Positions 1-13,120 of a DNA stretch of 64,000 nt are shown piece by piece; position 1 is the first letter of the stretch, and each line of letters begins with the position of its first letter. The stretch is from the NCBI RefSeq assembly GCF_009914755.1, contig NC_060932.1. The stretch is one strand, 5' to 3'. Source of the DNA: the human T2T-CHM13v2.0 reference genome, Homo sapiens. Below the pieces are notes generated by a model. It had not been told where the DNA came from and ran no database searches. It saw only the letters and a program-made list of their open reading frames with translations. The position numbers were made by a program, and so were the translations under genes.

Positions 1-629
1 GCCTTTGTTTACCTCAGGAAAATGAAGAAAAGTGAAATATGAGTGTCCCAAGTCCATCTGAACTAAAAAAATAAAAAATCCTGAAAAGCCAAACAAAATC
101 TTCACTGTACTAGTCAATATTTCAGCCCAGATTGGCTGGTAAAGTTGTAAAATTGTCAGGCCTTCTAGCATTCCAATTTGAAGTTTTCTTTTTCCCTACT
201 GGTAGTATTCCTTATACGTCTCAACCAAGTCTTTGTGGAAAATCATACTCCATGTTTCTAATAATGGCCAATATTTATTGAGCCCTTATTATGTGCCTGA
301 CTTAAGTATATTTCAACTCTTTGCCACAATAATGCTCAAAATTACTGTATTATCTTACTGTCTCCTTATGCAGATATGAAATCTGAGGGGCCAATGAAAT
401 TTTATCAAATGACACAGCAAATCTTAGACCACACAGCAAATACATGATGAGACCAAAATTTTTAACAGAAGTTCATAGGCTCTTGATCTCTATTTTATAC
501 TCATATTTGGGACCCCAGAAAAAGTCATCGAATAGATAAACCTATGATATTAATTGATTGAATAGATACACCTATGTGGTTTATCACATAATCAGTAACA
601 GTAAGAAAACATAATAGTTTAAGAAAGAG

Positions 630-1315
630 TAAATTAATTCTTTCAATTTAAAAACATGGTATGTTATTTCATTTATTTGTATCTTTTTCAGTTTCTTTCA
701 TCAACATTTTACAGTTTTCACTGTACTGATTATTTCACCACCCTTAAGTAAATTTATTCCTAAGTATTTTATTGTTTTTGTAGCTATTTTAATGAGGATT
801 ATTTTCCTACTTTCGATTTCACATAGTTCATTTTTAGTATATAGAAACACAACTCATTTTTGTATGCTGACTTTGGCATGCTGCAACTTTATTGCATTTA
901 TTTCTAACAGTTTGTTTGGTGGATTCTTTAGCGATTTCTGTACATAAGATTATATCATCTGCAAACAGAGGCCATTTTACTTCTTCCTTTCAGGCTGGGG
1001 TATCTTTTATTTCTTTTTTCTTATCTAATTGCTCTGCCTAGCACTTCCAGTACTATGTTGAATAGAAATGCCAAGAATGAGCATCCTTGTTTTGGTCCTG
1101 ATCTTAGAGAAAAAGCTTTCAGCTTTTCACCATTGAGTGTTAGCCACCGGTTTGTCATATATGGCTTTTATTAGATTGAGATACATTACTTCTACACTTG
1201 ATTTACTGAAAGCTGTTATTATGAAAGGATGAATTTTGTCAAATGCTTTTTATGCATCATTGAGATGATCATATGATTTTTATGCTTCATTCTGTTAATG
1301 TGTTGTATGATATTT
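630..1315 (-). mobile_element. Old L1 (L1MA/L1MB-type) ORF2 fragment, RT region
   Basis: Antisense ORF2 hallmarks: atatcatctgcaaacagag (LFADD), cttccagtactatgttgaatagaa, ttgtcaaatgcttttt. Confidence 0.9.
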
Positions 1316-1321
1316 CTATTA

Positions 1322-1378
1322 TTTATAAAGGACCCACCCTGTGGTGTTTTGTTATAGCAACACAAATGGACTAAGACA
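1322..1378 (+). mobile_element. MaLR (MST/MLT1A-type) LTR 3' terminus fragment
   Basis: tttgttatagcaacacaaatggactaagaca is the typical MaLR LTR end. Confidence 0.7.
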
Positions 1379-1582
1379 AACCCTTACATAAAAATTATTT
1401 TTGTTTTAAATTTTTTCTAGATAATTCTAACATCTGCATCAATGAATCTGGTTCTAATGATTATTTTGTCTCTTCAGACCGTGTTTTTTCTTGCCTTTTT
1501 GCATTCCTTGTAATTTTTAGTTGAATGCCACATATATTGTATTGGGTAATAGGAACTGAAGTAAATGGGCCTTTAATGTTTG

Positions 1583-1967
<385 letters not shown>

Positions 1968-2289
1968 TGACCTTGTTTCGTCTTCCCTTCCCCTTTTGAG
2001 CTCCTGCAAATAAATATTCTTCTTCAGAGAATCTCTGAATCTAGCAGCTCCTTCAGCTGGAATCCACAGTTATTATAGTTGAGACCTATAGGTTTTAATG
2101 AAAAGGTTTTGGAGAGGAGGAGTGCTCTATAATATTATGATTAACTCTTGGTCTTTTAGTAGACTTGTGTCCCTGTCTGTGACCTTCACAAGTGTTTTTC
2201 CAATTGTATAAGTTTTTACCCCTTCCCTTTACTTTCTTTCCTGGCTGCAGAGTTCCCAAGCCATTTCTTTGAAGTCCTGACCTCAATTC

Positions 2290-2290
2290 C

Positions 2291-2330
<40 letters not shown>

Positions 2331-2660
2331 GTATATATATACATATATATATATATGTATATATATATGTATATATATACATATATATGTGTATATACAT
2401 ATATATGTATATACGTATATATGTGTATATATGTATATATACACATATATACGTATATACGTGTATATATACATATATACGTATATATACACATATATAC
2501 GTATATATGTATATATACACGTATATACGTATATACGTGTATATACACGTATATACGTATATATGTGTATATACACGTATATACGTATATATGTGTATAT
2601 ACACGTATATACGTATATATGTGTATATATACACGTATATATGTGTATATATGTATATAT
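2290..2660. repeat. Compound (TA)n/(TATG)/(TACG) alternating purine-pyrimidine microsatellite
   Basis: Direct reading; contains three perfect 28-bp units at 2541-2624. Confidence 0.98.
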
Positions 2661-3899
2661 TATTTTTTTTTCCTCTCGCTGGGGTAAGACAGAAAGTAGG
2701 AGATGACTGGTGTAGCGGAAAAGAATTTCCTTCTCCCTGCTGACATTAAGTTTCAGAAATAAGCCTAAGGTTTCTCTATTGCAGTGTAGGCCTTTGTTAT
2801 GGAGAACGTTCTAGGAGTATTTCACAACGGTATCTCTTCTATTACCCTGCCATAGTTAACAGGGTCTTTCTGGAATCCTCATTATGAAAACCTGGTGTGT
2901 TTCCTGTTGAGAAAGCCCAGGAAAATGTCCCCACAAGATTCCCCTCAAACTGGGACTCCTGGAGTTTCTCACTTTCCTGTTAGTCCACACACAGCTTCCA
3001 GCAATGTGTCAAAATTGAGTCTTTCTACCAGTTCATGGCTCCAGTTGTCTCCCTTGCAGTAAGCAGATCATGGTCACTGTCTCTCTCTGGATATCCTTCT
3101 CTTTCCAGATTTTGGGGTTGGCATTTGCCTTGTGTCTGGAGTTCTCTGATGTGTCCAAGAAAAGTCATTGCTTGCAGATTGTCTATTTCTTATTGTAACG
3201 ATGGTAGTGAAAACTCCAAGCTCTTTATGGGTGAGAACTAAAATAAGAGGTTTGTGGACTTGAGGTTTAATTAAGTACAAGGAACTAGGGTAGAGTTTTG
3301 AGGTTGGGCCTGATAAAGACCTTATGAGGTCATGACATTGTCTGATATGAGACGTGGATTTGTGCTTTAGAAGATCTGGGAGGACTTAGCTATTCTCCAC
3401 CCCTACTCCGGAATCTCTTCAAAGGAAGTTTCAAGAGTCTCATCCAAAGGGGAAAAAAGACTCTGGGTGAATATGCTTTGCATAAAGACAAGTATTTGTT
3501 TTTGGAGAAAATCACAGAATGGAGCCTGCCTTGGTCAGTCAGTCTCTTTTCTCAGGCCCTAATTTCTGTTCAAAGCCTGCAGTTACATGGTTGTAGTGAA
3601 GAGTGATAGAGGGTGGAGGTCAAAATTGCCTGTTTCACTAATAGCTCTATAGACACTGAGAACACAAAATAGCTCTCCTTTGGGTCATCCTTATAATTGA
3701 AAGGAAGGTTGGGCCCAGATACAAGAGGGTCTTGAAAACAGATGGGATAATTTAGGTATAATGCAGGGGTTAAAAAACAAACATGCCACTAGAGACTTTT
3801 AAGTAACAAAATGTTATAATATTTTCACTGGATCAGTAACAACTTTTGAGTCTGGGCGCATGGCAGGTTCTAATGATGCCTTTGCTCACAGGTCATGCA

Positions 3900-4140
3900 G
3901 CATTAAGGAGACCCTGACTTTGAAACCAGGTATTAAAGAGATTAAATTTTGGTTCTAGTACCTATTAGCTGAGCCACTTGGCAAATTTCTTTGCAGGCCA
4001 TTTTCTAAATTACTTCCATGGCCCATATTTTCACCTGTAAAATGAGGATAATACCTATTCAAGGAGTTTTGAAGATTATATCAGATAACATATGCAGTGT
4101 ACAGAGATATAGGAAATGCACAACAAATAAGTATTTTATT
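3900..4140 (+). mobile_element. MIR
   Basis: MIR core ttttcacctgtaaaatgaggataatacct. Confidence 0.7.
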
Positions 4141-4473
4141 GTACTTTAAAATATAATAGTTAATATATAATTAAATAATAGCATTTAGTTATATCATTAA
4201 AGTTTTTGAAACTTATTTTCATAAGTTAATGGTAGTGAATGGGTAACTGGGGTATCTCTCCAGTCTCATAAGGTTAACAAAATGAATTCTAATCTCTTGA
4301 AATGAGCTGAAAATAGGTCATAAACTTCTGTGTGGGGAATGGAGAAATGGCAGAAACCAGAGGAGTCTTCACATCAAGGAGAAACTAGGGAATGGGAGAG
4401 ACAGTGAGCTCTTGAATAGCTGGATAACTCCAGCAGTAAGCTCAGCCCAGGAGCTTTAGAACTATGGAGCAGG

Positions 4474-4784
<311 letters not shown>

Positions 4785-5809
4785 TAGAACTCTGGGGCAG
4801 GAAAGTAAAACTCCCCAAAGGTTTAGAATCATCTTTAGAGGTATACATCCTAGAGTTAGAAAAACAAACAACAAACAGACAAATTAGATTTACCATGAGA
4901 GGACCAGACAGAGGGGAAGACATGGACAGGAATTATGAAGCAAATTGAATAAAGCAATTTATGATGTATTCTAAATTTTCTATTCCTTTAAAGTCTAAGT
5001 CATAATTTTGGGGAACTCTGTCCTTCAATGTTAGGATCACAATCAAGCCAGACAGGAAACCATCTGAGACAGCGTGGAGTAGAGGGAAAGACTAGACTTT
5101 GCAATCAGACCAGTTTGGATTCCATTTCTAAATTTTATAATGATAGAGACCTGTGTCCTCTTGCCATTGGCCATCTCCTTAAATTTCTTAAACTACATTT
5201 TGGTTGCACCAGACTGTGTCATCAGGCCTTAGACCTCAGGAAACAGCTGGAAGGAGATGCCAATCATACTTTCTTTCATTCTTCCCTAAAGTTTCATGTT
5301 GAGCTGCGTACGGGGTGGGGTGATGAGGAGAGGGATGCCTTTTCCCTAAACAATGATAAAGGGAGAAACATAAAGCACTGATGTTTACCAAATGCTTGCT
5401 AACTTCTAAGTCATCCTTTTGCATTCCTGCATTTTTTAATGCCATGTTTTGGGCTTCAAATTGTGAAAAGCTAGTAGGAGAAATCCGGAATTCAAGCCTT
5501 CAAGGAAGACAACCCTAAGATAACAGAGTAACAGAGTAATCATAGAAGCTAAGAGAACATAAAAGCTTTACTAGAGACCTAATATGTGAATGTTTTCCAG
5601 TCAACCTGCTTCCAGTTTTACAAAAATAATGAATATTTTTAACAAAACCTGCCAGTCATCAGATACCTTGAGTCCTTGGAGGAAAACACAGGATAAACAG
5701 AATGCAATTATTTTCTATTATGCCCTCTCTTCCTACTCAGTGGCCATCCAAATCAACTCACATTTATTAAATACCCAAGGAGAGAAAAATGTCACACAGT
5801 GAAAACACA

Positions 5810-5960
5810 ATGCAGTAAGAAACAAAAAATCTAGGTTTCAGACCTGTCACTGATGCCAACAGTCTATAACTTGGAACAAGTCACTTAATCTTTAATGCCT
5901 GTGTTCCCACATCTATCAAATGATAGGTTGAAACAAATGGCCTCTAAGGTCCCTGCTGTT
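5810..5960 (+). mobile_element. MIR/MIR3
   Basis: acttggaacaagtcacttaatc...catctatcaaatga...cctctaaggtccct. Confidence 0.7.
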
Positions 5961-6317
5961 TTTATAAAGTGATAGGAGAATGGGATGCTGTCTAAAACAG
6001 AGATAATAGTGGATGATGCAAGACCTCTAGGTTACAACTCACCTCTACCAACACACTGTTTTGGAAGGTAAGCTGAATGTTTGTACTGCCAAAGCAATAT
6101 GATAATTTGTAGATAAAACAGAGCTCCACAACGTGAGTTAGGTAAAAGTAACCTGGAAACGGCAAGGTAATTTCTCTGTATTGTCTCTTCATTTCACACA
6201 CTGAATGTAAATACATTTACAAAGTTGATCCTAAAATAAAGCCAGTCATGATTTCACAGTTAACACTGTCCAAAAGGTGCAAATAATCATGCCATTTGTT
6301 GATTAATAACAACTTTA

Positions 6318-6710
6318 GGCAATGGTCTTCACTACACTGGTGTCAACCCATTAGTGAACAGAGCCGCTCGATAATAATGTTTCAAATAGAAGAGAATAAA
6401 ATATTTCAAATAGAAAATAGAAAATAAAATATAAATAGGAAATAGAAATGAATACAAAAGAAAGTACATGACATACAGTAAGAAGTATTATTTGTAAAAC
6501 AGTTTTCATATATATCACATGTGCCTCTATAGCATGCATTTAAATAGTCATATACATGTTTATATATGCACATATAAATGCATATACATGCTTATATATG
6601 TATATAACACATATATTGTGTATGTGTGTATATGAGAATATTGGCTCACGTTGTAAAATTTAATTTTTTACTCTGTATCAAGGTCAAAAAACCATGAAAC
6701 GCACAGTTAC
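6318..6710. mobile_element. hAT-Charlie non-autonomous element (Charlie4-like) with internal (TA/TG) tract
   Basis: acccattagtg..., atagaaaatag..., gtaagaagtattatttgtaaaac..., ggtcaaaaaccatgaaacgcac match a recalled Charlie MITE. Confidence 0.55.
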
Positions 6711-8004
6711 AGGGCAGCTCAAGTCTTCCCCAGTCTCACTCCTACCCTATACTGCAGAATTAGAAGACCTCTGATGCTGTGCAGCTTTTTGCATAGAAAT
6801 AGATCCTGTGTTAGGAATAAAGCATTTGCATCATAAAATATTCTAACTTTCTTTAAGTTCTACCTTTTGACTCTTGGGCTTGTGCTCCTTCCTGGAAGCT
6901 CTGTTAGAATATTTATTTTTTAGGGGGGCGGGGAATGTAACACGTTTGACTCTTCTTCTGTGTAGCTGATACAAAAAAGAATAGCCATGGCCTCTTTTGC
7001 CTTCCTGAGTGAAGGTGCTGTCCTCTGCCTCTTAGAGTCAGGAATGAAGTGGGAAGCAGTGGGGAGACCAATTGCTGATAACAACTTGTGCATGGCAGGG
7101 GGATAGAGCAGTGAGAGATGGCGAAGGCTTGAGACAGGTAGGGAACTGCCCTGAACACTGTGCTAAGGATTTGGGACATGATGCTTTGGGAAAAGGGAAC
7201 ACAGGGGTGGCAGGGGAGGGGGTCACAAACAGAGGCCACTGGAAGTTTTGAGTCAGATAATGCATATTTACATGTAAGGAATTACTCTGAAGAAAAGTTA
7301 GAGCCCCATAGACAATGAAGGAGATCAATACCTTTGCCCAGGCAAAGAGAACAAAAATAATGAAAGTGTGAACTAGGGTATCAGCAGGGAGGATGGAGGT
7401 ATATTCAAGACTTTAAGAGATAAAAGACTTGGTCTCATAGCTCTAATTTTTTTTTTCATTTTTACATTTTACTACGTAACTAAAAGCATCAAAAACGAAA
7501 ACTCATCTTTCCAGAAAAAAGGAAAAAAAAAGCTTTATCCCTTCTAACTTGTCACTAGTACAAGCATCATCTGGTCAGAGGAGAAAAGCAATTATAACCT
7601 TCTTTAGTTCACAGTGTCTTTTGTCCTTTCTCTTTTATTAGTTGCCAAGAAACTCAAATTCTCAAATCTATATTTTTCTTGTTTTTTATTTTTTTTTTGT
7701 GTGTGTGTTTGTTCGTTCGTTTTTGCAAACATCTTCCTCTTTTGCTCAAGCCATTATAAACCAGTGGAGTCTGAGATAATTTTTCAACTGGTTTTCTTGG
7801 CCTTCCTTATTCTTTTCTCTCCCTTTTAATTCCCTGCCTTCAAACTGATCTTTCCATGATGATATTTTTTTTCCTCTATACCTCCCTAGTTATAGACTCA
7901 CAATAGGTTCCAATGACCAAGAGAATAAAGTGAAAATGCTCTGGTTCCCACCTTCTCTCTTCTACTTTATTTTTCAAACTCTCTTTAACAAACATCTCAC
8001 CTTT

Positions 8005-8400
8005 TATTCATTCAACAAAGAATATCTGAAAACCCAGTGTATCCCATACTATTTAAACTGTAGACAGGAGCAATGGTAAAAACAATTAAATTTGTTTCAA
8101 AGTGGGAAGTCATCAGAGGTGTTGTTTTGTTTTTCAAACTTGTTTAATTGTGTTTTCTAAACAGAAACTGACATGATCTGGTTCTGCTTTGAGTCTTTAG
8201 GGTCTCACTCTGGAGGGTGGGTGGAGAATGGATTCTTGGGAAGCAAGATAGGTGCAGGGTGACTATTAGAGTATCTGGGAAAATCTATTGCAGCCTAGAC
8301 CAGGATGTTAACAGTGGAGATGGAGGGAAGTCAGTGGATTCTGGGTATCTTAAGAGTAGACCTTATAAGACCTGGATTATGAATTCAACATAGGGAACAT
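8005..8400 (-). mobile_element. L2 fragments
   Basis: L2 tail attcattcaacaaa and body gcctagaccaggatg...agtggagatggagggaag. Confidence 0.7.
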
Positions 8401-9919
8401 GGTAAGAAATAGTTCAATAAGAACTTTGGAGTCAGATATAATTATCTAGGCCTGAACAAATTTTTTAACTTTTCTGAGACTAAGTGTATTTATCTACTTA
8501 AAAAGGATAATAGCACTGTTATTACACATACATAATTGCCCATATTGACTGTTAGTAACCTACAAAAGTCATGAACTTATATGGTTCAATGTAATATTGA
8601 ACTCATAGCATTATTGGAAGGATTAAATGAGGTAAAGAATGCAAAGACACCAACTTAATACCATATTTAGTAGATGCTCGTTTCTTCCTCCCCCTATTCT
8701 TCATTCTTTCCATTTCAGGATCTGAATACAAATCTTCACTGCAGTCTTCTTGGATCAACTAACACTTATTGATTTCTTTATCCTCAAGACTCTAATTTCT
8801 ACACCAGATTGCTCTAGTTTAACAATTCTCCACAACTGCCTTTCTTTGTAAGAGTTCAGACAAGCCAAAAGCTTTCATTATGCTACATAGTAAGTTAATG
8901 ACAGACTCAGGCCAAAACATAATTTTCTGAACTCTGGGATTTACCACATTGATCCTGCTTTACTGCATATTTACTAACGTGTATATTTTATCTCTTCAAA
9001 TATACCATAAGCTCATAGACAACGATGCAAGTGTACAGTTGTTTAGAATTTAACATTGTCTTGCACCTACTGTATATTCTGTAAGTACTTTCTGAGGTAC
9101 TTCAAACTAGATAAAATCTATAATATATAGGAATAAAAGAGAGAAAAATAAGAACACATGGAAAGAACATAGAGTTTCTTATCAAATCCATGCAAAAAAA
9201 TTACTCTAGAAGAGGAGGAATAAAGGAATAATCAGAATAAATTTTGGTTAATTAGGGAAGGTCTCCTAAAGAGAAAGACCTTACCAGTGCTACTAATTGT
9301 AGTTGTTTTATTAAGGTCTTAGGGCAATTTGTTCTTTATTAAAAATGGACCAAATGCAGCAGGTAGGACACATTGAGTCAGAAGCAACTGTTAGCAGTGG
9401 TTTTTCCAATTCATAATAGGCACCTGTTAAAACAGCTGGAATCTGAAAGTACCTGCCCAGTAACTTACTGCATAGCCTCAATCAACACCACAAAATGGAA
9501 TAGGTCTCATATTTGAGTGATCCTTGATTTTGTTTGAATGTAACAGTAATTTTTTAATCAAAACTGCCTGCAGTTTTACACATAACCAGTTCAACCAAAC
9601 TGAATAATCAAATCAGACAAAATACCCATGAAACTGACTTGAATTAATGGGTCAGTATGATTTTTAAAACCATGCAACCTTAAATAAAGGCAGTCAAGTA
9701 ACTAGGATGCAAACACCATGAAATAACTTTTCTTTAGCATTTCTAATGAGAAAGAAGAGAAGGATCATGAATAAGTCAGCAGCTAACAATAGCCCTTGAA
9801 CTTTACAGTCCATGAAACATTTCAGGTTTCACATGTTTCATTTGACTTCTACAAGCCTTATGATAGCTATTATGCTTTTCAATTTTGCAGATTAGAAATT
9901 AAAATTCAGAGAAGGTAGA

Positions 9920-10279
9920 CGTATTAGTTCATTCTCACACTGCTATTAAGAACTACCTAGACTGAGTAATTTAAGAAGAATAGAGGTTCCATTTCCTCAC
10001 AGTTCCTCAGGCTTAACAGGAAGCATGACTGGAAGGCCTCAGGAAACTCATGATGGCAGAAAGTGAACGGGAAGCAAGCATGTCTTATGGTAAAGCAGTG
10101 GGGAGGGGAGAGTGCCGTACTTTTAAACCATCAGATGTCATGAGAACTCACTATCACGAGAACAGCATGAGAAAAATCCGCCCCCATGATCAAATCACCT
10201 CCCACCAGTTTCCTCCCCTGACATGGGGATTACAATTCGACATGAGATCTGGGTGAGGATACAGAGCCAAACCCTATCA
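9920..10279 (-). mobile_element. THE1D/MSTA-type MaLR solo LTR inserted in a MIR
   Basis: Termini gtattagttcattctcacactgct ... agagccaaaccctatca; 5-bp TSD gtaga/gtagg. Confidence 0.93.
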
Positions 10280-10377
10280 GTAGGTGATTTTCTCAAAATC
10301 ACAGTTCTAGTACATTAGGAAGCATGGCTTCAAAACTGAGTTTTTTCCTCTACAAATATTACTCCACTTATATTGCT

Positions 10378-10510
10378 GATGGGTTACAAACATTGCTGGA
10401 TATTGCAATCACCTGGAATTTTGTTAAATGCAGGCACCTGGGATAAAACAAGGCACACCCTGGTTGATATTGTGGCAGGTGATATGAATATCTTACTTTC
10501 GGAAACACTA
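10378..10510. mobile_element. MER5-type hAT fragment
   Basis: attgcaatcacctggaattttgttaaatgcag ... ctttcggaaacacta. Confidence 0.5.
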
Positions 10511-11071
10511 AAAGGAAAGTGAATTAGGAGGAGTTGGATGGGTACCAAGTTTAAACTGTGTATCTTTTAAGAAAAAGTACAAGGAATATTGCATTTGCTT
10601 GTAGGAGTTTCATTTACTACAAAGGCACTAATATGAACATTAATCTACGTAGAGAAGAAAAATGAAGGTTAGCAAGAATATAAAACCAGATGTAAGTTAG
10701 CCACATCACTAATAGCATGCCGTATGTCTTCCTAACTCACAAAAATAAGCAGCGATTAACTCACTACTTTAATGATACTGGAAATCCTGTTCATCTCATA
10801 TGTGTCACAATTAACCAAGGCTAAGATTATTGGAAATACCTGGATTAGGGGAAAATTAAGGTACCATCAATAGCAAGCCAGTTTTCAGGACTGTGCAACA
10901 CTTTATCATATTTTACTGAATTGTTTAATAGAATAAATGACAATAGTGACTACAACAGATGAAACAAATTCATCTTATTAAAATCTATTTTTCACATGTA
11001 CATATGGAATACATATATGGCACATAGAATGTTTTTCAACTGCTTTAAAAAGTATTACAGTGTCCCAAGAA

Positions 11072-11165
11072 TAGGGTGGTCAGCTCTGTTTATTTGCCCA
11101 GGACTGAATGGGCTCCATTTTAAAGCAAGAACAGTCCTGGACAAACTGGAACAAGTTTGTCCCAG
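11072..11165. mobile_element. MER81/MER94-like hAT-Blackjack MITE
   Basis: tagggtggtcagc...tttgcccaggactg ... cagtcctggacaaactgg inverted arms. Confidence 0.65.
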
Positions 11166-11769
11166 TGTGAGATTTTAATTGAAATTGACTTTAAGTTAAA
11201 TCAGTGAGGGATGTAAGTCCAGGGTAAAATCAAGGTATTAGTGGGTGGCTAAGTGGAGTGGCCAATGTGGAATAAAGTAAGAGTCTATAGTAATTAAGGA
11301 CTATTCATGTAGTAGAATAATAACAGGCCATAGGAAGGAGACTAGGAGCTTAGCATCTGTAACAATGTTCAGTGAATAAGACGTATTCAGGAAATCAGTG
11401 ACAGTGAGGGGTAAGCATACAAGCTAGAAAACCCAGCTTGAATAAGGCTCAAAGGCACAATTAGGAGACAGTGGATAAGGCTCTGCTAACATTTAATTAC
11501 AATGGAATGGAATACAGTTTAACTGCAGAAGACATAAGGAACAGTTTGTGGAGAAAGAAGAGGACTGCGACTTGGGCTTAGAAAAAAGAATAAACAGAGC
11601 AATGTATGAGAAATATGTGAGAAAAAAGTGAAAGCTAAAATAGATAAATGGATCCTTCTGTTTGTGCACTGGCCAAGAACTCCTGAAACACAAGGCTTCC
11701 AAAACAAGTATTCTCAGGAATTGTATTTGGATGGGCTATGCTATTGAAGGAAAGTTTTCCTAGGATTAA

Positions 11770-11875
11770 CCCATTTGTGCCAGAGGTTGCAATTTTTTGA
11801 ATTTTTGCAATCAGACCTTGGTGATGACCTTGAGCAGAAGGATATAAATAACTCCCACACGCTTAGGCATAAATG
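11770..11875 (-). mobile_element. MER85 (piggyBac/PGBD3-derived MITE), internally deleted
   Basis: TTAA at 11766-11769, then cccatttgtgccagaggttgcaattttttgaatttttgcaatcagaccttgg...actcccacacgcttaggcataaatg, close to the reverse complement of the MER85 consensus. Confidence 0.92.
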
Positions 11876-12349
11876 CAATATGTTTATTGGCAGTTGACGT
11901 CCTTTCTCATCTGTTTTTCTTTCATGACTGTATCTCAGGGGCTGGAAGTCTAAAAACTTTATTTCTGACTCCCTTGAGCTTGAGCTCCGAATGAGATCTA
12001 AGTTTCAATGATGAAAATGCACTTGAAGAAGTTTAAGAGGCAGAAGGGAGCCAGAGACCATAAACCTGCATCTGTGGCAGGGAGCAAGCAAACTCCCCTA
12101 GACATGGATGTTTGTAAGGATTGGATCTCACATTCTCCTGCCTAGTCACATTCTACTGGCAGTGGAAGGGGTGGTGGCAGTAGCATAAATAGTTTCCTAA
12201 TATTTGTATCTAAACATTCAGTTATAACCCCTTATTTCTACTTCTCCAGTCTTTCCAACGATTTTGTAAGTATTCAGTTCCCTTTATCAAACCCTGTCTG
12301 TTTGAAAGACCCAGAATGATTTCAGTTTTCTACATCCATAGCCAAGACA
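11876..12349 (+). mobile_element. ERVL LTR33/LTR41-family solo LTR
   Basis: gctggaagtctaaaaactttatttctgactcccttg ... ttccaacgattttgtaag ... tttcagttttc; it may begin upstream of the MER85. Confidence 0.65.
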
Positions 12350-12699
12350 GAAGGTCAATAAGAATAGTCATCTCTCAGGATTGTCATTGTGTGTTGAAAA
12401 TTGAACATGTCTTCATAAACGGGAAGGCTACAACTTCCTTGCAAAGAGTCCATTTAATTTTTATGTAACTTTGTTCTAAATGATCTCCTGGCCCAATTAA
12501 AGTAATCTGACAGTTCCTAAGAATTTTACGCAAGTTGGAAATAGCAGCAACTTCTAGTGGATGGGAACATAAAGGCGTGAGAGAGGACCCAAGGTACAGA
12601 AGGAATAACACTCTTCTCATGGAAGCCTTGACCCAAGATAGGGAATTAATTAGTTTCCAGGACTCTTTTTTTTTTTTTGTACTTTCAATTCGTTCAATA

Positions 12700-13120
12700 G
12701 TTTTAATTTTTTATTTTGAAATAATTATAGATTCATAGGAGTTTGCAAAATGTACAGGAAATCCCCGCGTGCTCTTCACCCAACCAAAGTGAACTTCTTA
12801 CACAACAGTATAATATCAAAATCAGGAAGTTGACACTGGTATAATCAATAAAGCTTATAAACTTACTCAGATTTCACCAGTTACACATGCACTCAGTGTG
12901 AGCATGTATCCTTGCAATATTACCATGTGTACCTTCCTAACCACCACCCAAACCACATTCTCCACTGTAGCATCATCACAAGACTTCCTTGTGTTCCCTT
13001 TTATAGCCACGCCAATCCCTCCCTATCCTAACCTTGGCAACCACTTTGTTTTCTCCATCTTTAAAATAATATTCTCAAAAACGTTACACATCGGGGTTGC
13101 GTAGCATGTATCTTTGGAAA
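12700..13120 (-). mobile_element. L1MC/L1MD-type 3' end
   Basis: ttttattttgaaataattatagattcatagga ... tcagatttcaccagttacacatgcac. Confidence 0.8.

Noticed and set aside
2095-2743. Six overlapping Tyr/Ile-rich ORFs on both strands
   Set aside because: An alternating RY microsatellite cannot contain a stop codon (TAA, TAG and TGA all need adjacent purines), so these ORFs are artefacts.
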